From: Candidatus Doudnabacteria bacterium
GTDB taxonomy: Bacteria > Patescibacteriota > JAQUNI01
Reading direction: 5' to 3'
Length of the DNA: 64,000 nt
NCBI GenBank assembly: GCA_041644975.1
Contig: JBAZQX010000003.1
Coordinates: 7,530-71,529, forward strand
A program made the translations under genes and the position numbers. Position 1 is the stretch's first letter. Every line of letters begins with the position of its first letter. Shown piece by piece: positions 49,581 through 58,537 of this stretch. Below the pieces are notes generated by a model. It was not told the DNA's origin, searched no databases, and was given only the letters and a program-made list of their open reading frames with translations.

Positions 49581-50624
49581 ATGATGAACCAAACAACCAG
49601 AGAGCAAACATTTTTTAAACCCACCAAAAGAAAAATTATTCTGCCCTTGATTCTTCTCTTACTGCCTTTGACTTTGTTTCTAATCTCTGTGCCCTATGTG
49701 GGCTATTTTTTTGTGCTTTTGCTCGCGATCCTTTGCATTCCCCTTAGTCCTCTTTTGGAGAGATTACATTTGGTCATTGGATCTCCTGGCTGGTTTGATA
49801 TGATGGGAGGCCCGAGTCTTGGGGGTATCATTGTCGTAATGATTATCTATGCGGCGATTGCCTATTTTATTATCTGCCTCCTTGCCTATTTCACGCGGAA
49901 AAATCCAGGTTCTCCGCTCTCTGCTAATATTTCCTCTTCCTCCCGCTCCTTAATCAACAGGCATCCAAAGATAACAATCTTGCTGGTTTTTTCCATTTTA
50001 ATCATAACAGGCACGATTATTTTAACTTTAAGACAAACATCGCAAGTGGCGCCAACCGAAGAAGTAGTAACGCAAGAAACTCCCAAAATTACAGAAACGG
50101 AACAACCGGATTCCGGAAAAATGGAATGCAAGAAAACAAACGGCGAGTGGTGCGATTTCACCAATCAGAAATACCAGTATTCTTTTCGCTTTCCGGCCGG
50201 CTGCCTGGTGAGCCGCCAAATTCAGACCGGACGCGGGGGAACGAATATTATTAAAGATGATTTTGTCATTGTGACGCAAGACCCTGAAGCTAAACAAAAA
50301 GAGAGTTTTGGTATTCATATTACAATTAGCCATACAGATAACCAATTCTTCAATCCGGTAGAAGGAACGGATTTAATCACCTGGCTAGAGCTAAAGGCGC
50401 ATGATATGTATTACCCCAATTATCCAATCCCAAATAAACCGAACTTAATAATTAATGGCTTACCCGCGGTTTATATTGATATGGATTCGGCGCAGTCCGG
50501 TCACCAAGCGGATGTTTACGTATTAAATAAGAATAAATTATTCAAAATTAATACAATGGATGCGGGGAGCAGGGAAGCAAAGGATTTTTTCACCGCTTTT
50601 CTTGCAACTTTTAAATTTAATTAA
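49581..50624 (+). CDS. Membrane protein with an N-terminal TM bundle and an extracytoplasmic C-terminal domain (hypothetical)
   Basis: Multiple TM helices in the first roughly 150 aa. Confidence 0.5.
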   Translation: MMNQTTREQTFFKPTKRKIILPLILLLLPLTLFLISVPYVGYFFVLLLAILCIPLSPLLERLHLVIGSPGWFDMMGGPSLGGIIVVMIIYAAIAYFIICLLAYFTRKNPGSPLSANISSSSRSLINRHPKITILLVFSILIITGTIILTLRQTSQVAPTEEVVTQETPKITETEQPDSGKMECKKTNGEWCDFTNQKYQYSFRFPAGCLVSRQIQTGRGGTNIIKDDFVIVTQDPEAKQKESFGIHITISHTDNQFFNPVEGTDLITWLELKAHDMYYPNYPIPNKPNLIINGLPAVYIDMDSAQSGHQADVYVLNKNKLFKINTMDAGSREAKDFFTAFLATFKFN

Positions 50625-50882
50625 TCTTAGTATCAACAACGGGCGAAAAAATAATAAAATTTAGATTAATTAAATAGAGAAAAAGGCCTTTCCGTAAGAG
50701 GTCCTTTTGATTTTGTAGCAAAAGAACAATTTCAATCAATTCATTTACAAAATCTCAATTTTAAACTAAAATAAATTTTCAGAATATGGAGATTAAGAAT
50801 GGTTCTTTTTAAAAATAACGAGTTGAGTGTATTTGACGATTCTTTATGCGCGATTAACTAAAAACTGAACAGGAGGAAGAAA

Positions 50883-51311
50883 ATGCCAAAAGGTAGCGAA
50901 ACTAAATCACGAGGAAAAAGAAACAGGGCAAGAAAAAGACAGTATCTTCAAGCCCGCGGTCTGCCAAGAGGATTTCAAGCAAAGCGTATGATGCAAAGTC
51001 TAAAAAGAGCGGCGCAAGAATGGAAAGGCACGATTGGTTCAAATAAGGGAAGAACTGTTTTCCAACTACTACTCACAAAGGGTCCTTTGTACTCTTATGA
51101 TGTGTCCGATTGGGGTAAAAGGATTGCCAGTGTTCTGGTAATATCCCAAAAGGACGCAGAGGAAATGGTAAATGAAGCAAGAAAACTGAAAGAAGCAAAA
51201 GTCCTTCTTATGGAAAGTAAAGATAAGGCGACCCTGGAGAAAATCCGAGAACGGATTACTTCAGTTGACGAAGTTGTTCCTAGCCATGCTTTGGAAATCC
51301 GGGAAACATAA
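50883..51311 (+). CDS. Hypothetical basic protein
   Basis: ORF with an RBS (aggaggaagaaa ATG). K/R-rich N-terminus. Confidence 0.45.
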   Translation: MPKGSETKSRGKRNRARKRQYLQARGLPRGFQAKRMMQSLKRAAQEWKGTIGSNKGRTVFQLLLTKGPLYSYDVSDWGKRIASVLVISQKDAEEMVNEARKLKEAKVLLMESKDKATLEKIRERITSVDEVVPSHALEIRET

Positions 51312-51345
51312 GAAGTGAAATCAGTGAAATCAAGGAGGAATTTGC

Positions 51346-51639
51346 TTGGAAAATAGATTTGTAGCCACCTTCAATAAAAATAACAAAGATTGTGATGGCT
51401 GCGGCGCATGCGCTTTGCACTGTAAACACGAAGCAATTGTGATGAATTATGAACCACCCGGAAAATTGTGGCCCGAAATCAATCCTGAAAAATGCATTGG
51501 TTGCGGGGTTTGCGTGAAAAAATGCTTCGCGCACGCGCTAACCTTGGTATTAAAGGGGGAGGTGAGAGCGAGAATAATTTGGCGGTATCAGAGAAGGAAA
51601 ATAGTGACAATGAATAATCAAAGGAGGAAAGGAAGATGA
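51346..51639 (+). CDS. 4Fe-4S dicluster ferredoxin
   Basis: Two CxxCxxCxxxC motifs (CDGCGACALHC, CIGCGVCVKKC). Its stop overlaps the start of the fucI-like gene (ATGA). Confidence 0.7.
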   Translation: MENRFVATFNKNNKDCDGCGACALHCKHEAIVMNYEPPGKLWPEINPEKCIGCGVCVKKCFAHALTLVLKGEVRARIIWRYQRRKIVTMNNQRRKGR

Positions 51640-53360
51640 TAAGAGAATTAGTGGGAATTGAACCCACAGTTGGAATCTATGCAGCAATAGACCCGCGCAC
51701 ATTCTCAGTGCCAGGGATTCCAGAGGGTTCAGTCAAGGCGCAACAGATGCCGGTAGTGATGAACCGACTGGGTAAGGTTGCAAAGCTTGCAGAATCAATT
51801 GAGATGTATGACGGCACAAAGCTAAAAGTTGTCAAAGGCAGTATTCCCGTCGGCGGACCTAGAGATGCGGCAATAGTTCAAAAAGAGTTTGAACAGGCAG
51901 GTGTAAGTATTGTCCTCAATTCTATGTGCACATGGTCAATGGGCTGGGAAACGAACTTCTTTGGGCATCTAGAATGGATAACTGCCTACGAAGCAATGAA
52001 TGGGACAGCTTGGCCCGGAGCGGTTTTGCTCAACTCCAAGAGAGCATTCGCAACGGCGCATATGCAACCTGTGTTCTGTATTTACCCGCCGGACGTTGAA
52101 GAAATGGATCCCGCGGCGCCTCTGCATCCAGAAAGTATTAGGAGAATCACTCAATTCCTGAAATGCGCCGGCTCCGTTGTTATGATGCGTGGTAAATCCT
52201 ATGCCAGTATAGGTCATATCTCAATGGGTATTGCCGGATCAGAAGTATCCAGCGACATCCTAGCCCGTTGGTTTGGCATGAAACTCATTCATGTTGACCA
52301 GCTTGAAATTCTGATGCGCATAGAGCACAAAATGTATGACAAGGATGAGGTTGACCGCGCCTATGATTGGTTCTTTAAAACTTTTGAGGGTCGCATAGAT
52401 CCTTATAAGAAAATGACGACTCACGATCATAAGGTGCTTGTGGAAAAACTTATCCCGATGACGTTAGTAATCCGTGATATTATGCGCGGTAATGACGTAA
52501 TCAAGGATGAAGAACGCTCGCAGGGAGCTAATGCCCTGTTCGGCGGAACTGCTGGACAGCGTTATTGGACAGATTGGCAACCAAACTTTGACTTCCCGGA
52601 AGCGATCAATTCCAGCACGTTTGACTGGGATGGTCTGCGCCCGCCCATGGTCCAAGCCACTGAAAACGACTTCTTGAACGGTATGAGTATGCAGTGGGGA
52701 ACAATGCTCACCGGATTTGCTACGCTCTTTGCTGATTTGAGGACTTACTGGTCTCCAAAGAAGATAAAAGAAGCAACTGGCGTTGATATTTGTTCCTATG
52801 TCCCGACGGGGTTCGTGCACCTCATTAATAGCGGACCAGCGGCGCTTGACTGGGCGACTAATCCCGCGCTTATGCCTGCCGAAGAAAGAATGAAGCAGGC
52901 AATCAAGGGAACAGAATGGCACCCAGCGAGCCCAGGCTACTTCCCCGGCGGCGGGCTGGGCACGCATTTTGTTACGCCCGGCGGTCTGCCAATCACGATG
53001 ATTCGGCTTAACCGCATCGGACAAGATTTAACTTTGACCGTAATTGAAGGACATACGGTGCAACTGCCAGAAAACGTCGAGGAATATGTCCGTCAGCGCA
53101 CCGATCCAACCTGGCCAGATACATTTGTGGCAGCAGATGGTATGGATACCTTTGACATTATGAACAGAGGCATTGACCCGAACCATGTTTCTGCAGCAAT
53201 CGGACATATTGGGGAGGAAGTCATGGCTATGGCGGCGATGCTGCGTATTCCAGTAGATTATCACAACATAGCAGAGAATCGTATCTTCCGCCCGACATTA
53301 TGGACACGACTCGGCGGAGATCGTGAAACCTGCAAAATTTTAGGTCCTTTATACGCTTAA
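51636..53360 (+). CDS. fucI: L-fucose isomerase family protein
   Basis: Strong motif matches to FucI: MRGKSYASIGHISMGIAGS (MKGKSYLSLGGVSMGIAGS in E. coli), RTYWSP, LINSGPAALD, MLRIPV, and the C-terminal GPLY. Confidence 0.8.
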   Translation: MIRELVGIEPTVGIYAAIDPRTFSVPGIPEGSVKAQQMPVVMNRLGKVAKLAESIEMYDGTKLKVVKGSIPVGGPRDAAIVQKEFEQAGVSIVLNSMCTWSMGWETNFFGHLEWITAYEAMNGTAWPGAVLLNSKRAFATAHMQPVFCIYPPDVEEMDPAAPLHPESIRRITQFLKCAGSVVMMRGKSYASIGHISMGIAGSEVSSDILARWFGMKLIHVDQLEILMRIEHKMYDKDEVDRAYDWFFKTFEGRIDPYKKMTTHDHKVLVEKLIPMTLVIRDIMRGNDVIKDEERSQGANALFGGTAGQRYWTDWQPNFDFPEAINSSTFDWDGLRPPMVQATENDFLNGMSMQWGTMLTGFATLFADLRTYWSPKKIKEATGVDICSYVPTGFVHLINSGPAALDWATNPALMPAEERMKQAIKGTEWHPASPGYFPGGGLGTHFVTPGGLPITMIRLNRIGQDLTLTVIEGHTVQLPENVEEYVRQRTDPTWPDTFVAADGMDTFDIMNRGIDPNHVSAAIGHIGEEVMAMAAMLRIPVDYHNIAENRIFRPTLWTRLGGDRETCKILGPLYA

Positions 53361-53371
53361 ATCAACACCTT

Positions 53372-53401
53372 GGACAGGAAATCTCCCTGTCCATTTTTAT
53401 T
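53372..53401 (+). terminator. Intrinsic terminator (ggacagg aaatctcc ctgtcc + T-tract)
   Basis: Immediately after the fucI stop. Confidence 0.6.
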
Positions 53402-53575
53402 TGAACTTTATTCATAAAATTGGTAAGCTGAAAATGAGGGAATAGGCAGCTCAAAACTGCCTTTTTTATTTTAAAAAAATCCCCATGAAATTTATTCATA
53501 GGGCTCACAATGAACATACTGGGCGCGAGCGCCGTCTTTGTTGACCATAGGAAGTTTTTTTGCCATTGGCGCCTC

Positions 53576-53917
53576 CTAAAAATAACGCCTAGAAATAAAA
53601 CGGGGTTTTAACAACTCTCCGCAATGTTCGCATTTTTTAAGATCCTTCTCACCCTTATCGGTCATTTCTTTGACTTCTTTAAAATTCCAATTGGAACAAT
53701 GGGGGCATTCTCCCGAGGGAGTAACCACCCGCAGGAAGTCGAAATTAAGCAGAGTTTCTGTTTTTTGCGGAATAACTGCGCAAACATTATTCCACCAATC
53801 CCAGAAAAAGGACCAGGGTAAACCCAAAGGGATAAAGACGCGACCACCATTACAAGGAGCCGAATATCCGACGCGGGCACCATTTGAATTCAAGTGAGAC
53901 ATAATTTCAGAAGACAT
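53576..53917 (-). CDS. Zinc-ribbon hypothetical protein
   Basis: CPHC...CEHC cysteine pairs near the C-terminus. Confidence 0.4.
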   Translation of the reverse strand: MSSEIMSHLNSNGARVGYSAPCNGGRVFIPLGLPWSFFWDWWNNVCAVIPQKTETLLNFDFLRVVTPSGECPHCSNWNFKEVKEMTDKGEKDLKKCEHCGELLKPRFISRRYF

Positions 53918-54221
53918 TATCTACTCCTTTCAATAAAAATCAGAGGATAAAGAACAGACCCAAGAAACACTCTTTTAGATTATTTTTTTATTACCTTTTT
54001 GTCAATCTTATGGACTTGTAAAACTCTCTCTTTTGGGCTAAGGTATAGATGGAGTAAGGACACTTAGCCCTCACCTTTTAAAGGGTATAGAGCTTAAGTT
54101 GGTTACCTGCCCGCAACGCCTCGCAAGGCCCCGCCCGCCATCGCTACGCTTCAGGCGTTAGCGGGCGCGGTCGGCTTGCGTGGCGGGCGGGGAGCGTTCG
54201 CTTCACCCCGTTAGATTTTAA

Positions 54222-54293
54222 GGACGATTAGCTCAGTGGTAGAGCGCACGGTTCACATCCGTGAGGTCGCAGGTTCAAATCCCGCATCGTCCA
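54222..54293 (+). tRNA. tRNA-Val (anticodon CAC); CCA not encoded
   Basis: Acceptor GGACGAU/AUCGUCC, anticodon stem CACGG/CCGUG, loop UUCACAU. One A:C mismatch in the T-stem. Confidence 0.75.
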
Positions 54294-54439
54294 CAAAGGA
54301 AGCTAAAAGTGAAAAGTTAAAAGCGAAAAACTATTTAATAAAATTTTTCTACACTTGCTTGCCTGTCCGCCAAAGTTTCAACGACGGCGGGCAAGCGGTA
54401 ATTTTCAGACTGCCCCCCAAGGGGGCATAGAAGTATTTC

Positions 54440-54513
54440 GCCCTCGTAGCTCAACTGGATAGAGTGTGTGGCTTCGGACCACAAGGTTGCAGGTTCGACT
54501 CCTGCCGAGGGCA
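54440..54513 (+). tRNA. tRNA-Arg (anticodon UCG); CCA not encoded
   Basis: Acceptor GCCCUCG/CGAGGGC, anticodon stem UGUGG/CCACA, loop CUUCGGA, T-arm GCAGG-UUCGACU-CCUGC. Confidence 0.75.
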
Positions 54514-54739
54514 CTTTCGCTTCGCTCAAATTTAAAATTTAAAGTGCCCGCCCTTTGTTGGCTCCATAGTGGCGTTAGCCCTGTGGAGCCTAAATGCAAG
54601 CCATGAAGAGAAAATATTATTAGACTTTAATCCTGTTTCGCATTCAAGGCTCCACAGCCCTCCCTTCGGTCGGGACTATGGAGCCAACAGACGGCTCGTT
54701 CAGGCGAGGCGGGCGCGGCCTGCCCGCTCAATAGCCTTT

Positions 54740-54812
54740 GCGCCCATAGCTCAATTGGTAGAGCAGCACCCTCTTAAGGTGACGGTTGGAGGTTCGATTC
54801 CTCCTGGGCGCA
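54740..54812 (+). tRNA. tRNA-Lys (anticodon CUU); CCA not encoded
   Basis: Acceptor GCGCCCA/UGGGCGC, anticodon loop CUCUUAA, T-arm GGAGG-UUCGAUU-CCUCC. Confidence 0.75.
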
Positions 54813-54837
54813 CAAAAAAATGAAAAACGGCATCTTT

Positions 54838-55022
54838 TTCCGTCATTGCGAGGAGCGAGTCCGACGAAGCGACGCGGCAATCGCCACAAAGGATAGAATA
54901 AGGGTTTAGGAATAATAATTTTTTGAAGGTAAAGATAAAATGTTTCTTCCTTCCTTATTCTTTGTTGCCCATATTCTGCTTTCTTGGCGATTGCTTCGTC
55001 GCAGACTCCTCGCAATGACGAG
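54838..55022. repeat. Long imperfect palindrome of about 185 nt between tRNA-Lys and tRNA-Val
   Basis: cgtcattgcgaggagcgagtccgacgaagcgacgcggcaatcgcca ... tggcgattgcttcgtcgcagactcctcgcaatgacg; AT-rich centre. Confidence 0.6.
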
Positions 55023-55072
55023 ATGAAAGTATTTATGAAAACCCGATAGCAATCTTTTAGAATTAATTTTAG

Positions 55073-55146
55073 GGGCTCGTAGCTCAGTTGGTTAGAGCGC
55101 TACGTTGACATCGTAGAGGTCTGCAGTTCAAGTCTGCACGAGCCCA
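55073..55146 (+). tRNA. tRNA-Val (anticodon GAC)
   Basis: Acceptor GGGCUCG/CGAGCCC, anticodon stem CUACG/CGUAG, loop UUGACAU, T-arm GCAGU-UCAAGUC-UGC. Followed by the cacctacgctaaagcttcggtgg hairpin, which also follows tRNA-Ile. Confidence 0.75.
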
Positions 55147-55252
55147 CCTACGCTAAAGCTTCGGTGGGTAAACCCACAAAAAAAGCGTAAAGCTAAAAGC
55201 AAAAAAATGTAAAATAAAAAATTTAATTTAGAATTTATTTTGGAAAGGAAAA

Positions 55253-56185
55253 ATGAACAAATTTATTGTTCAAGCAAAAGATAAAGGCGGACGATTGGAC
55301 AAGTTTTTAGTGCGCAAATTTCCGCAATATTCGCGCTCCCATTTACAAAAAAATATCAAAAGAGGACGGGTTACTGTAAATAAGGGGAACGAAAAAAAAC
55401 CTGATTACAGGCTTAAAGCGGGGGATATTATTGAAGCTGACATTGAACCCCTAGAAATGGTTAGTTTGGCTCCAGATAAAACTATTCCTTTAGATATCGT
55501 TTATGAAGACGACAATCTGTTGGTAATTAATAAGCGAGCCGGAATTGTAGTGCACGCCGGGGTGGGACGAACAAAAAATAATTTAGTGAACGCGCTGATT
55601 GCCCATTATCCTGCAATAAAAAAAGTAGGGGACGACAAGACCCGTCCCGGAATTGTGCACCGCCTAGATAAAGATGTTTCCGGTTTAATGGTGGTGGCGA
55701 AAAATGATAAATCTTTTGAATATTTAAAGTCTTTATTTAAGGAGAGAAAAATTGAAAAAAACTATTTAGCTCTGGTCCGGGGCAAGTTTAAAAAAGAAGA
55801 GGGCAGGGTGGATTATCCTATCGCGCCTAATCCGCGCGATCCGCGCAAGATGGTTGCCGTGCAAAATAGAAATGAAAAACTATTAGCCCGCGCGAAGTCG
55901 GCTTTAACTGAATATAAAGTCATCAAACAGTTTGACAATACCGCCTATATTAAAGTATATTTAAGAACAGGACGGCGGCATCAAATCCGCGTCCATTTTA
56001 AATCCATTGGTCATCCTTTAGTCAATGATCGTTTTTATGGTTACCGCAAACAACAGTTTTTAGGTTCAGGTCGTCTTTTCCTCCACGCGAGCAAATTGAG
56101 TTTTACTTCTCCGCAAGGCAAAAAATTATCATTCATCTCTAAATTGCCCAATGATTTACAAGAAATCCTAACGCAACAGGAATAA
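55253..56185 (+). CDS. rluD: RluA-family 23S rRNA pseudouridine synthase (RluD-like) with N-terminal S4 domain
   Basis: Catalytic motif HRLDKDVSGLMVVAKN. S4-like N-terminus. Confidence 0.8.
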   Translation: MNKFIVQAKDKGGRLDKFLVRKFPQYSRSHLQKNIKRGRVTVNKGNEKKPDYRLKAGDIIEADIEPLEMVSLAPDKTIPLDIVYEDDNLLVINKRAGIVVHAGVGRTKNNLVNALIAHYPAIKKVGDDKTRPGIVHRLDKDVSGLMVVAKNDKSFEYLKSLFKERKIEKNYLALVRGKFKKEEGRVDYPIAPNPRDPRKMVAVQNRNEKLLARAKSALTEYKVIKQFDNTAYIKVYLRTGRRHQIRVHFKSIGHPLVNDRFYGYRKQQFLGSGRLFLHASKLSFTSPQGKKLSFISKLPNDLQEILTQQE

Positions 56186-56236
56186 AGAAAGAGGAGGGAG
56201 GATAATATTCATAAAGCCTCCCACTATTCCTTATTC

Positions 56237-56734
56237 ATGATTCATAATTCCATGATTCCATTAATAGACGAATTCAAAAAAACTAACATACGCTCGGATA
56301 TCCCAAATTTTCGTCCCGGCTACACCATCCGCGTCCACCAAAAGATTCAAGAAAAAGGGAAGGAAAGAATTCAAATCTTTGAAGGGGTGGTTATCGCGCG
56401 TAAAAAAGGAGAAAGCGCGGAAGCCACTTTTACCGTCCGCAAAATTTCTCAAGGAATCGGCGTGGAGAGAATTTTCCCTTTATATTCTCCCCATATTGCC
56501 GAAATAGAGGTCGTAAAAACCGCGGAGCCCCGCCGGGCAAAATTATATTATCTGCGTCGCCGCGAACGCGAAAAAATGCGACGGGAAGAGAGGGTCAAGG
56601 AAAAAGAAGTGAAAATTGTCAAAACAGCGGACAAGAAAAAAGAAGCGCCAGAGGAAAAGCAAGAAGCCCAAAAACCCGAAGAAGAAGGAAAACATATAAA
56701 AAAAGAATCTAAACTAAAAGAATCTTCAAAATAA
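56237..56734 (+). CDS. rplS: 50S ribosomal protein L19 with a K/E-rich C-terminal extension
   Basis: [38 protein letters not shown]...[21 protein letters not shown]. Confidence 0.9.
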   Translation: MIHNSMIPLIDEFKKTNIRSDIPNFRPGYTIRVHQKIQEKGKERIQIFEGVVIARKKGESAEATFTVRKISQGIGVERIFPLYSPHIAEIEVVKTAEPRRAKLYYLRRREREKMRREERVKEKEVKIVKTADKKKEAPEEKQEAQKPEEEGKHIKKESKLKESSK

Positions 56735-56746
56735 AATTGTCTTCCT

Positions 56747-56829
56747 AGCCCAGGTGGCGCAATTGGTAGACGCAATAGACTGAGGCTCTATGCCCTTTTG
56801 GGTATGCGGGTTCAAGTCCCGCCCTGGGC
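56747..56829 (+). tRNA. tRNA-Leu (anticodon GAG), long variable arm
   Basis: Acceptor GCCCAGG/CCUGGGC, anticodon stem AUAGA/UCUAU, loop CUGAGGC, variable arm GCCCUUUUGGGUAU, T-arm GCGGG-UUCAAGU-CCCGC. Confidence 0.8.
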
Positions 56830-56856
56830 ACAAAATAAATGAAAAATTATCAGCCC

Positions 56857-56896
56857 TAGGTCGTTCAGACTCTGATGAGTCTTCAGACTCGAAGAG
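56857..56896. repeat. Hammerhead-like 40-nt motif, copy 2 (identical to 650-689), 28 nt downstream of tRNA-Leu and enclosed by the AUCAGC/GCUGAU stem
   Basis: Exact identity to copy 1. Followed by the cggccttgggccg hairpin. Confidence 0.5.
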
Positions 56897-56944
56897 CTGA
56901 TCGGCCTTGGGCCGAAAAGTTCAAACTTAAAATGTCTTAATCTT

Positions 56945-57277
56945 ATGGCAACTTTTGAGGACTTCTTAAAATTAGATATTCGGGTGGGAAAAATTATTGA
57001 AGTTGAGAAATTGCCAAATCCAAAGCACACTACCCATAAATTAACCATTGATTTCGGTCCTGAAATTGACAAAAAGGTCTCTGGCGCTCGCCTTGTTCGC
57101 TACACGAAAGAACAGTTAGTCAACAAATTAGTCTTAGGTGTTGTAAATTTACCGCCAAAACAAATCGGGCAATTGGCTTCTGAAGTTCTAATATTGGGAG
57201 CTATGGATGCCCAAAAAGAATGCGTCCTTATCTCTCCTGACAGTAAAGATGCAATAATTGGCAGTAAAATTTATTAA
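56945..57277 (+). CDS. CsaA/Trbp111-like OB-fold tRNA-binding domain protein
   Basis: FLKLDIRVGKIIEVEKLPN...KL..DFG.E...VSGA matches the tRNA-binding (EMAP/MetRS C-terminal-like) domain. Confidence 0.75.
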   Translation: MATFEDFLKLDIRVGKIIEVEKLPNPKHTTHKLTIDFGPEIDKKVSGARLVRYTKEQLVNKLVLGVVNLPPKQIGQLASEVLILGAMDAQKECVLISPDSKDAIIGSKIY

Positions 57278-57397
57278 ATACGGCATCACCCGCCTGCCAG
57301 AGCGCGACCACTTAGCTTGAGTTGGTAGAGCATTTGCTTTATTCACCCGCCTAAATTTTTTGGTGTGTAACTCAAGTCTTACCCCCACACCTTTCGG

Positions 57398-57470
57398 GGA
57401 CGCATAGCTCAGTTGGTAGAGCGCCTCGTTTACACCGAGGAGGTCATAGGTCCGAGTCCTATTGCGTCCA
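57398..57470 (+). tRNA. tRNA-Val (anticodon UAC), precisely enclosed by a 14-bp inverted repeat (acccccacaccttt / aaaggtgtgggggt)
   Basis: Acceptor GGACGCA/UGCGUCC, anticodon stem CCUCG/CGAGG, loop UUUACAC. The T-loop UCCGAGU is atypical because it has C55. Preceded by a degraded tRNA-like fragment (57318-57345: agcttgagttggtagagcatttgc). Confidence 0.65.
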
Positions 57471-57612
57471 CAAAGGTGTGGGGGTAAAGCTGGAGCACCT
57501 AGAAGGCCTGAAGTTTAAATCCTACATTACCCACAGAGTAAATTAAAAATGAAAAGTAAAAAATGTAAAATTGAATTTTTAATTTTTCATTTTTAATTTT
57601 AAATTGTTTTGG

Positions 57613-57930
57613 GCGGCTAGCCCCTCACCCAGAAAGTTTCTATGTATTATGTTTATTTAATCAGAAGCAAAAGAGACAATAGTTTATATATTGGATATAC
57701 AGACAACTTAAAAAGGAGGGTGGAAGAACATAATACTAAAAAGAGTAAATTCACAAAGGCTAAAACTCCCTATGGACTTATTTATTATGAAGCTTATAAA
57801 CACAAATCTGACGCTAAATATAGAGAACACAATTTGAAAAGATTTGCCCAAGCTTATACCCAGTTACAGAGAAGAATCAAGAATAGTTTAAATGATTCTT
57901 AAACTTTCTGGGTGAAGGGCGGCTAGCTCA
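57613..57930 (+). mobile_element. GIY-YIG cassette inserted at the 5' end of tRNA-Ile: an 11-bp duplication (gggcggctagc) of the tRNA 5' end, plus 18-bp inverted termini (ccctcacccagaaagttt / aaactttctgggtgaaggg) flanking the ORF
   Basis: Direct repeat gggcggctagc at 57613-57623 and 57917-57927. The TIRs sit immediately inside it. Confidence 0.6.
57642..57902 (+). CDS. Small standalone GIY-YIG nuclease family protein (paralog of 14819-15061)
   Basis: MYYVYLIRSKRDNSLYIGYTDNLKRRVEEHN. Confidence 0.85.
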   Translation: MYYVYLIRSKRDNSLYIGYTDNLKRRVEEHNTKKSKFTKAKTPYGLIYYEAYKHKSDAKYREHNLKRFAQAYTQLQRRIKNSLNDS

Positions 57931-57990
57931 GTTGGTTAGAGCGCGTCTCTGATAAGGACGAGGTCTCAGGTTCGAATCCTGAGCCGCCCA
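57917..57990 (+). tRNA. tRNA-Ile (anticodon GAU)
   Basis: Acceptor GGGCGGC/GCCGCCC, anticodon stem CGUCU/GGACG, loop CUGAUAA, T-arm UCAGG-UUCGAAU-CCUGA. Confidence 0.8.
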
Positions 57991-58038
57991 CCTACGCTAA
58001 AGCTTCGGTGGACAAGCCCACCGAACACAAAATAAACG

Positions 58039-58353
58039 ATGCGATTTCTAGGGGTCAAAAAATTTCAACGCAATAAAGAAAATTTTGTGTGCGTAAAATG
58101 CGGTTCTCTGATTCATGGCAATGGCTATACCAATCATTGTCCCCATTGTCTTTGGAGCAAGCATGTGGATTTCCAACCCGGCGACCGCCGAGAGGGATGT
58201 CAAGGCATGATGCAACCTATAGGTGTTGAGCTTCGGAAAGGGATATTTATCCTCACCCATCGTTGTCTCAAATGTGGAAAACGGAAAACTAACCGCGCCG
58301 CTCACGAAGACAATTTAGAACTTATTCTGCAACTATCCAAAAATACAAACTAA
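58039..58353 (+). CDS. RNHCP domain protein
   Basis: YTNHCPHCLWSKHVD plus CxxC pairs. Confidence 0.7.
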   Translation: MRFLGVKKFQRNKENFVCVKCGSLIHGNGYTNHCPHCLWSKHVDFQPGDRREGCQGMMQPIGVELRKGIFILTHRCLKCGKRKTNRAAHEDNLELILQLSKNTN

Positions 58354-58537
58354 TTATCGCATCACTCTAAATACAAAATTTTAAACCCAAGCTTTAAGAA
58401 CTAAACCTGCTAAATAGACCCCATTAGAGAACCTCGTTCTCTAACCCCGCTTAAAAATTTATTTCCAGCAGGGGCTAACGGGGTAAATATAATTTTGGTC
58501 AAAGTAGGAAATTTATATTATAATAAAAAAGGAAAAG

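Noticed and set aside
54236-54430. ORF overlapping tRNA-Val, and nearby small ORFs in the tRNA cluster (54335-54529, 54405-54599, 54569-54823, 54728-55015)
   Set aside because: They overlap tRNA genes and GC-rich palindromic repeats, so they are spurious.
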